DNA from: Eledone cirrhosa
Taxonomy: Eukaryota
Length of the DNA stretch: 64,000 nucleotides
Reading direction: 5' to 3'
Assembly: GCA_964016885.1 (NCBI GenBank)
Contig: OZ024748.1
Coordinates: 51,026,001-51,090,000 of the forward strand
This document shows, in pieces, positions 55,843 to 64,000 of this stretch (positions are counted from its first letter, which is position 1; the number at the start of each line of letters is the position of its first letter). The position numbers and the translations under genes were made by a program. A model generated the notes under the pieces. It made no database searches. It was not told where the DNA came from and worked only from the letters and a program-made list of their open reading frames with translations.

Positions 55843-56233
55843 ATAATTGTTTCTACTTTTAGCACAAGGCCAGTAATTACTCAGTGTATTACTGGTACTT
55901 TATTTTATCAACTCCGTAAGGATGTAAGGCAAAATTAACCTTGGCGGGATTTGAACTCAGAATGGCAAGGGCCGTAACTCTATGCGTCAAAGCATGGCGT
56001 CCGACCCTCTACCGATACTGCCAATCCACCGCTATGATAATAATAATAATGGTTTCTTGGGGGAGGGAAAAGTCGATTAAATCGACCCCAGTGCATGACA
56101 GGTACTTTATTTTATCGACCCCGTAAGGATGAAAGGCAAAGTTAACCCCGGCGGGATTTCAACTCAGATCATAAAGGGCCGCAACTCTATGCTACAAAGC
56201 ATGGCGTCCGACCCTCTACCGATACTGTCAATC
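55843..56233 (-). mobile_element. Two head-to-tail Meta-SINE-like copies
   Basis: Matches the family unit twice. Confidence 0.9.
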
Positions 56234-56257
56234 TACAAAAAGGACAAAGTGTTATAT

Positions 56258-56296
<39 letters not shown>

Positions 56297-56563
56297 TACA
56301 TATATATATATATGAACATATATGTATATATATATGTGTGTGTGTATATATGTGTGTATGTGTGTGTGTGTTTGTACAGATGCATACACACACTGTCACA
56401 TTACAATACTCCCTTATTTTCTGCACTTCCTACTCCCTATCTTCTGCCTATTGTCTCATGCACTTGGTTTCCCTTCATATTCTCTCACTTTCTCTCTTCT
56501 TTCCTCTTTTTCTTCACATTCCTACGAAACAGACATACATATACACACACTAAGGTTACGCAT

Positions 56564-56738
56564 CTAGTGACATTCCGTTATAACGGAATTCACGTGGTAC
56601 AAAATATAATTCGCTGTAACGAAAAATTCTTTATAATGAGATCGACCTAACACATTGAGCTTGTGGCCGGGGATCGAAAACAATTCGTTATACTGAAAAA
56701 TACCTTATAATGGTATTCGTTATAACGGAATTTTACTT
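56564..56738. mobile_element. Pogo/Tigger-like MITE
   Basis: TIRs AGTGACATTCCGTTATAACG / CGTTATAACGGAATTTTACT with internal TTATAAC-like subrepeats. Confidence 0.7.
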
Positions 56739-56740
56739 GC

Positions 56741-56793
<53 letters not shown>

Positions 56794-56851
56794 CGCAAGT
56801 AAAATATAACCTCTACATATATATATATATATATATATGTAGAGGTTATAT
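56730..56851. repeat. Two adjacent (TA)n-centred inverted repeats
   Basis: ATTTTACTTGCG-(TA)n-CGCAAGTAAAAT then ATATAACCTCTACA-(TA)n-TGTAGAGGTTATAT. Confidence 0.95.
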
Positions 56852-57006
56852 TTAATTTGTTGGGATACAACAAGCGAAATATTTTTATAACTGATATAAA
56901 GCACTCAACAAATTATTGGAGTAAATATACAATATATTAACAAATGGAAACTATATTTATAAAACCATATTTATTTCATTATACATATTTCAAGGGCCAC
57001 CAAGGG

Positions 57007-57043
<37 letters not shown>

Positions 57044-57142
57044 AAAGAGATGGATAGATAGATATACATATATATATACACACACACTATTGCTCTATGT
57101 ATATGCCTTCATTTGAATGTTTCATGTATGTATGTGTGTGTG

Positions 57143-57179
<37 letters not shown>

Positions 57180-57184
<5 letters not shown>

Positions 57185-57372
57185 AACCAGTAAGACCCCG
57201 ACAGCTGAGCTCAAGCCGTTTCGACGGCTAATACTGGACGGCTAATTCCGTCGAAACGGCTTGAGCTCAGCCGTCGGGGTCTTACTGGTTCCTATTACCC
57301 ACTCTACTACCCTAAGTATTGAGTACTTTCGTGCGTTATGGTCCACCTGGTTCCTTACCACATTTCCTTCGT
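57180..57372 (+). mobile_element. Fold-back element carrying a hammerhead 3' half plus the shared tail
   Basis: ~47-bp arms 57180-57227 / 57248-57294 around a 20-nt loop; right arm CCGTC-GAAA-CGGCT-tgagctc-AGCCG-TC-GGGGTC; (TA)n on both sides. Confidence 0.75.
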
Positions 57373-57451
<79 letters not shown>

Positions 57452-58012
57452 ATATGGTGGTGTAAGTGTGTATGTGTGTTAATATGTGTACAAATATATA
57501 TATAAAATCAGTTTTGTATGAGCAAGATATGGTCAACTGATTTGACATGTCTAACACATGCACGGAAAAATGGACGTTAAACGATGATGGTGATGACATG
57601 TGTCTGCGCGTGACTGTGAATATGTATGTGTGTATACTGAGTATATAGATAAACTGATAGATACATACATACAAACGTACATACATGCATACATAATTAG
57701 ATAGATGTCCATTTCTGTCACCCTTTTAGTGATTTACATTTAGTTAGTGTGGACTTTTATATTTATTTGCTGAGTTGACATGTAACTTCCTATACGTCTG
57801 ACCATGTCTTTCTAATTTCTTCCCAATTATTAACTCTCATTTTATTCACTATGATGTCTTTATTTTACCCCCCCCCCCCCCCCCGTCTCTGTCTTTGTCT
57901 CCCTGTGCACGCATATAGCGATTAAAATCAGTTTCTGAAAACATAAGTAGCCACTGTCAAATAAAAAGTACTTAATACAGTGTGAATATGTTTATTACTA
58001 GATAAATATCGA

Positions 58013-58057
58013 CATTTACAATATGGTCACAGTATTTCGTTTAAACTCATCAGAATG
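58013..58057 (-). ncRNA. Type I hammerhead ribozyme at the 3' end of a Penelope-like element
   Basis: CATT-CTGATGA-GTTTAAAC-GAAA-TACTGTGACCATATTG-TA-AATG: intact core, helix I CATT/AATG, GUA site. Confidence 0.7.
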
Positions 58058-58059
58058 AT

Positions 58060-59270
58060 GAGTTACTATAAGGTAAAGATGGAATATGAATGGAAGTCAA
58101 TTAAAAAAAGGATATGATTCAAATCTAAAATAAACGAAAGCCAACGGATACAATAATACCATTCTAACGTAAAAACAGGGTTGATAGGTTTATGGGCTTT
58201 ATGAGTGAGGAAGAAAAACTAAGAGAGTGTAATGATATATGAATGAGAAAGCAGATATTAATGAAAATGTATATTGACAGACACACATGGAGAAACAGTT
58301 GTTGTTAGTCGTATGAGAAGGATATCAGTTGGAAATATTTGTATAAATTAAACTTTCTTTGAATGCAGTCAGAAATCTTTACTTAATGGCTGTTGCATAT
58401 AGTCCATTGTAGGCGAAAGGTATCGAATTCTCCTTTCACGGCCATAAGTAAAAGCTAAAAGTGTTTGTTTGCATATGTCACGATTTTGAAAAGGCATACA
58501 TGTAAGAACACAATCTGGATTTAAAAGAATTTGAGGTCATACCAACGTAAGATTTTGAATTGTTACTAGTAACTTATGCATTGATAATTGTTTACTTCTC
58601 AATTTACTAAGCCAAATTACAGTCAATGTATAGGTTTGAAGAATACAATAAACCGATAGCATTTTTCATAAAAGATTTAGTAATAATTTTTTATTTAAAG
58701 GGAAATTATTATGAAGTTTAAAGACATTTTGATCCAAATGTGTAGTGCATGTAATATTAAACAGATATGGGTTCTAGGAAAGGTTTCGGTTTCTATTTTT
58801 ATGTCAAGGTACTCTAGTATAAAATATTTTTTCGATAAAGTCACTTCTGGTTAAAGGTTCAATGTGGTTATTTATGCATGGAAAATGTTTGCATTAAGAG
58901 AATGCTGAAAAAAACGAAAAACTAAATCTATAGATTTAGCATATCTGTGGATGAAATTTAGTGTTTTTTAGAGATTGTTTTAAAAGTAATAAAGAGTTTC
59001 GACAGCTATTTCAGAACTTGCGAAGAATTTGTTGAGATTTCGTCTGAAGCCATCTGTCGCCCTAGGGTTAAAATTAGTTAGGTTTAATAGCTTCTTGTCG
59101 AGATAAAGGCTGCCCTTGATACCAAAACAGCGGGATTTCATTTTATGTAGAATATACCAAAGAATATGATCGCTACTTTCCGCCGAATTAAGGAAATCAA
59201 GCTATAGGTAGGAAGGATTATGGGATTTCTTATTAATCTATAAATTATCATTCTATTGAGTGAAGATAAT
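58060..59270 (-). mobile_element. Decayed Penelope-like element (GIY-YIG endonuclease region)
   Basis: Minus frame KSYVGMTSNSFKSRLCSYMYAFSKS*HMQTNTFSFYLWP*KEN (YVG at 58541-58549) fits the PLE YIG.T...FK.R...H...F..T.LS.Y.W.LK motif; upstream KHFP; many stops. Confidence 0.75.
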
Positions 59271-59484
59271 CATAAACTTATCTAAAATATATATATATAT
59301 ATATGTGTGTGTGTATATATACATACACCCCCCTCCCCTCCATACACACACACATATATATATATGTTTATAAATACATGCGTGTATATATACATATATA
59401 TATATATATACATCTGTATATCTGTATATATATATGTATATAAATACGTGTATATGTATATAAATACGAGTATATATATATATA

Positions 59485-59847
59485 TATATGAATTATAAGA
59501 ATCAAAGAACTGTTCAAAACATTTTTATGCTTACAACTGTTTCCTCCAAACCGAGGTTTGGATTCTTCGGAGCAATTTATTATTTAGAGATTACATTCAT
59601 ATTAAAAGATACAATCAAAAATAATATGAATGTAATCTCTAAATGTGTACTGCCACACTAAATGCTGTAATGAATGTTGACCCACAATATTTGCATATGT
59701 ATCTGTATGTCTCTTGGGTGAAAAGGAGGTCATATAAGTGTTCATTCAATAATAAATTGCACCGAAGAATCCAAACCTCGGTTTGGAGGAAACAGTTGTA
59801 AGCATAAACATGTTTTGAACAGTTCTTTGATTCTTATAATTCATATA
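59485..59847. mobile_element. Young fold-back element with a variant hammerhead in both arms and a nested hairpin
   Basis: ~100-bp arms 59485-59585 / 59748-59847 with about 2 mismatches; inner perfect 23-bp hairpin 59582-59604 / 59622-59644; starts in (TA)n. Confidence 0.85.
59528..59574 (-). ncRNA. Variant type I hammerhead (CCGAAGA core); inverted copy at 59758-59804(+)
   Basis: TGCT-CCGAAGA-a-TCCAAAC-ctcg-GTTTGGA-g-GAAA-CAGTTG-TA-AGCA. Confidence 0.6.
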
Positions 59848-60008
59848 ACTGCTCTGTAAATCATCTGATGTTATTACATTGAGCTAATTAACTTACTGGT
59901 AATAAGGTAGTAATATATTACTGCCTACCACTATTTAGGGTTTATAAAAAAATATATAACTACAAAGGGTTTTTGTATTTGCATAACCATAAATAGTATA
60001 ATTAATAC

Positions 60009-60094
<86 letters not shown>

Positions 60095-60100
<6 letters not shown>

Positions 60101-60501
60101 CAAGGTTTAGCAAATAAGAAAAAGTTTTAAAATAAATTTTAAAAAATTAACTGTACTCACTATGGTTACCTTTACCGAATCGGTTTCGAGTCTCAAAAAT
60201 AAATTGACAGTCCTGACGACCATCCATTGCAAAGATAAACTCTCGTCAGAAGGATCTTTTCACTCGGAGAATATAATTACGAGTTCAAATTACGAATGGC
60301 GCTATTCAAAATTGTTCCCGAGATGAGAATAAATGATGTGGAATCAATTCCGTCCAGTGCCGTGTGTAAAGATAGAAGCAAAGGCAGGGAGGTCAGTCTA
60401 CTACTCGAAACCGATTCGGTAAAGGTAACCATAGTGAGTACAGTTAATTTTTTAAAATTTATTTTGAAACTTTTTCTTATTTGCTAAACCTTGATTATAT
60501 A
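60095..60501. mobile_element. Young fold-back element with a hammerhead
   Basis: ~97-bp near-perfect arms 60095-60191 / 60403-60501, TA on both outer ends; arms stop at the helix II strand ACTC. Confidence 0.85.
60169..60253 (-). ncRNA. Canonical type I hammerhead ribozyme with a long helix II loop
   Basis: CCTT-CTGACGA-GAGTTT...AGACTC-GAAA-CCGATTCGG-TA-AAGG: all core nucleotides present, three helices pair, GUA site. Confidence 0.8.
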
Positions 60502-60704
60502 TGTTCTGGCTCGTTAATTTATTAACCTGCCATTGAACCACATTGGCATATGGTTGGACAATACATGTGTCCCTATACTCTTTGGGTGTAGGGATATATA
60601 CTTTATTATATATATATAAATATATATATCATCATCGTTTAACGACTATTTTCCACGCTAGCATGGGTTAGACGGGAATTGTCCCACTTGAGGGAAGATT
60701 GATT

Positions 60705-60952
60705 GGGTGAGCGTGACACAGAGGAGACTGAGGTTGGCTGGACATGCTCACCGACATCCAGAGTTGACATTGCACTCAGTGCTCCTTTGAGAGCCCCTAC
60801 ATGGACACACTAGAAGAGGAAGACCAAGGTTAACATATGTTGATGCCCTAAGGACAGACACTGGTCTGTTGGAGATGCAGGATATGGCAGCGATAATGAG
60901 GGACAGAGACCGCTGGAGAGAACTCGTCCATGGATCTCGGGAATTTTACCCG

Positions 60953-60957
<5 letters not shown>
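60705..60957 (+). mobile_element. RTE LINE 3' end
   Basis: QRRLRLAGHAHRHPE..VLL*EPLHGHTRRGRPRLTYVDALRTDTG..MRDRDRWRELV running into (TA)n. Confidence 0.9.
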
Positions 60958-61010
<53 letters not shown>

Positions 61011-61678
61011 GTTTGTATATGTATAACCTCCTCCTATATATATATATATGAATAAAGTTAGTCCTTCATCAGTGATCTTCCAACCATCATTGGTATTTCA
61101 TCGCTTTAAAGACCATATACCTCCGGTTGGTGCGAGCAACGGCTAAAAGAAGTCGTTGGGACACGTAAATAAAGGGGACACGAGAGTGTAAACAAACAAA
61201 GGTGGTGAAGCAACGAAAAGTGAGGAAGAACGAATCAAGTCCCAAATTTCCATGAATATAAGTTCGGTGAAATCGTGAACGAGAGAGAATAAAGACCATC
61301 AAACCTGGTTGTAACGTGAGCAAGGAAGATATATATATATATATGTATATCAGTTATAAATGACCCTTCCCTATTTTGTGGAAAACACCACTCATGTGTA
61401 CATCATACATGCTCAATGTTTTTCACTCACATTTCCTCTTTTTATCTCTCCTATGTTTTGACATCATTCTCCTCTCTGACCTCCCCTCCAACTCCCCCAC
61501 TTCTTCAATTACAACTTTCCTCTCTTTTATCCCACAACCTATTACCTATCTAATTTCACATCTCTCAATCTCTCTATATTTCTATCTCCATTTTGGCCAT
61601 TTTGTTTCTTGGCATATGTATAAATCAAATTATATACCCTGCTGTCTTTCACCCTATCTACTTACATACATACCCCCC

Positions 61679-61748
<70 letters not shown>

Positions 61749-61758
61749 GCACACGGAC

Positions 61759-61799
<41 letters not shown>

Positions 61800-62175
61800 T
61801 ATATATATATACACACACACGTATATATATATGTGTATATAAATAAATAAATATATATACGCACACACACACACATACACACACACGTATATAAATATAT
61901 ACATTCTCTCTCTCTCTCTATATATATATATATTGTTTTTACAATCAAGCTGTACTCCTATCTGCAGTACACCCCTCCCTGTTGACCAGTTTTACATTCC
62001 TCATATTATTACCACCCATGACCACCCTACCTCGCCCCACCCGACATCACCACCAGTGCTGCTCCTTCACCTTTGAATGTTTTATGTAGGGAGGAGAAGG
62101 GGGAGGAGGAGTAGAATGTGTTTTAACTGGAGATGTTGAGCAGTTGGACAGATGAGTGGATTAGGTTAGAGGGGT

Positions 62176-62177
<2 letters not shown>

Positions 62178-62210
<33 letters not shown>

Positions 62211-62560
62211 CCGAGAGGGGAGAGACAAGAAGGGTAGAGGAGAGAGGGACGAGAGACGAGCGGGAGAGAGACAAGAGAGAGAGAGAGACGAGAGGGAGAG
62301 AGACAAGAGAGAGAGATGGGGGGGAGAGACGAGAGACAAGAGGGAGAGAGACAAGAGAAAGAGACGATAGAGACGAGAGAGAGGGGGAGATGATAGAGAT
62401 AGAGGGGGGAGACGAGAGAGAGAGGGGGAGACGAGAGAGAGAGGGGGGACGAGAGAGAGAGGGGGGAGACGAGAGAGAGAGAGGGGGGAGAGACGAGAGA
62501 GAGAGGGATAAGAGACGAGAGAGAGAGGGATAAGAGACGAGGGAGAGGGGGGGGGGAAGA
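62178..62560. repeat. (GA)/(GAGAC/GGGGA) purine low-complexity tract
   Basis: Direct inspection. Confidence 0.95.
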
Positions 62561-63139
62561 GTGATTAGAATGTGAGTGAGAAAGAATGGTAAATGAAAGA
62601 GAAAGAAATTAAGAAATATATATATAGAGAGAGTAAGAGTAAGAGATGGGAATAAGGAAGAAAGAGAAGGGGCAGAGAATGAGTGACAGAAAAAAAGATA
62701 GAAGAAGAGTGATGACCTAATAAGAGAGAAAGAAGAATGAAAGAGAAAGAAGGAGAGGGGAAGACATCAAAGTGGAAGAAGGAAAAAAACAAACAAAAGA
62801 GAATGGAATGGAAAATGTGAATAAATAAATCAATAAAAAATGGCAAGAATGCTTCCAGGGTCGGGGTATGGAGTGTAAAAGGTATAGAAAAAAATCTGGA
62901 AATGGCTAGAATAATTGCATAGAAAGAGAAACTATAGGAATGAGAATAAATGGACTGGACAACTAGATTGATGAATTAGCTGGATGTAGAAGACATAGGT
63001 TGATCATCTAAATATATTAGCATGGTCATCTAGTCTAGATGGTTAACTAATTAGATTGATAGATAGATAGATAAGTAGATTGATAGATAGAAAGTAGATT
63101 GATAGATAGATATATAGATAGATTGATTAGATAGATAGA

Positions 63140-64000
63140 TATCTTTCTTTATATGCCACAGGGGCGTACAAAAATGGAACATTAAAGACGTGACGGCGGG
63201 GTTTTACATAAAAATCATATAACTTTAACATTAATAAATAACAATAAACTATATATAATAAAATAACAATTGAAATCCCCAATGGGGGGGGGGGGGACGT
63301 TACTGCAGGGTTGTTTTACACCCCATGGATAGAACAACCCCCAACACCAGGAACACGTTTTGTAGGTGTTCCTGTCTTCCCTCTGTTTATCTTCCTCAAC
63401 CTAGAGGTTTATATATAGAGAAGGCCCATTCACTCGGGCCATTTTCGCCACATTCACCTACCTTTCAGCGAATTTACTGGGATGTAGCACCTCTCTCTCT
63501 CCACTCTCACCTTCCTTCTGAAGTGATACTTAAAGAAGGGGATAAGTTGTTGTCCGGAGAGAAAGGTGTTTGCCCTCAGTCCTTTTAACCTCGTCTACCA
63601 TATTACCTCTTTCACCATAGCCACCAGACAGAGGAAAACCGCTTCTCCTTCATTCTTAAATGAAGGCGACGGGGTGATCCTCACGATGGACTTGGCTGAA
63701 AACTGGATGCATCCCACACGTGACAGTAGCTGTTCGACATAATTCCATAGGTTGGTCACCCCTGGGCACTCAAGGTGCCAGGCACCCATTTTCCATCTTC
63801 GCTTGACCCAGGACTGCAGCTCTGTTAGTGAGATGAGTTGTGGAAGAGCTTGTCTCACAAACGACAGCCATACTGGTTCACCGGTCAGGGATACCTGGAC
63901 ATGGCATAGCCTCAGCGCGCGTTTACACATCATCAGCCACGGCATGCCCGGCCCTCTGTTAGAAGGGTGTTGACAGTAGATGGATCTCCTCAGCAATGGA
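63140..64000 (-). mobile_element. Tx1/L1-clade LINE 3' end (ORF2 C-terminus plus 3'UTR), frameshifted
   Basis: H..ECPGVTNLWNYVEQLLSRVG..FLCLVAMVKEVIW resembles an L1/Tx1 ORF2 C-terminal zinc-knuckle region; 3'UTR ends CCCCTGTGGCATATAAGAAAGA followed by (TATC)n. Confidence 0.75.

Overview
AT-rich, microsatellite-saturated animal DNA with no recognisable host protein-coding exon. The SINE/LINE repertoire resembles octopus (inference). Almost all track ORFs are translations of (TA)n/(CA)n/(GA)n/(CAC)n tracts. Supportable content: many tRNA-derived SINEs of about three families, several in head-to-tail arrays; decayed RTE and Tx1/L1 LINEs; a mariner remnant and Tc1/mariner MITEs; a Helitron helicase fragment; and a Penelope-like GIY-YIG remnant. 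Three things stand out. (1) A dense set of type I hammerhead-ribozyme (HHR) motifs (about 5 near-canonical, about 9 degenerate or half), many in short ORF-less fold-back elements beside (TA)n. In three of these the inversion breakpoint lies at hammerhead helix II. (2) A 9-kb, 163-unit, indel-free 55-bp satellite born inside an RTE LINE ORF, with variation almost confined to an 11-nt window and a 47-unit higher-order duplication. (3) Two independent A-(TA)n-A'-B'-(TA)n-B double-hairpin scars that suggest hairpin-opening repair at (TA)n cruciforms. All calls were made by eye; TE boundaries are approximate.
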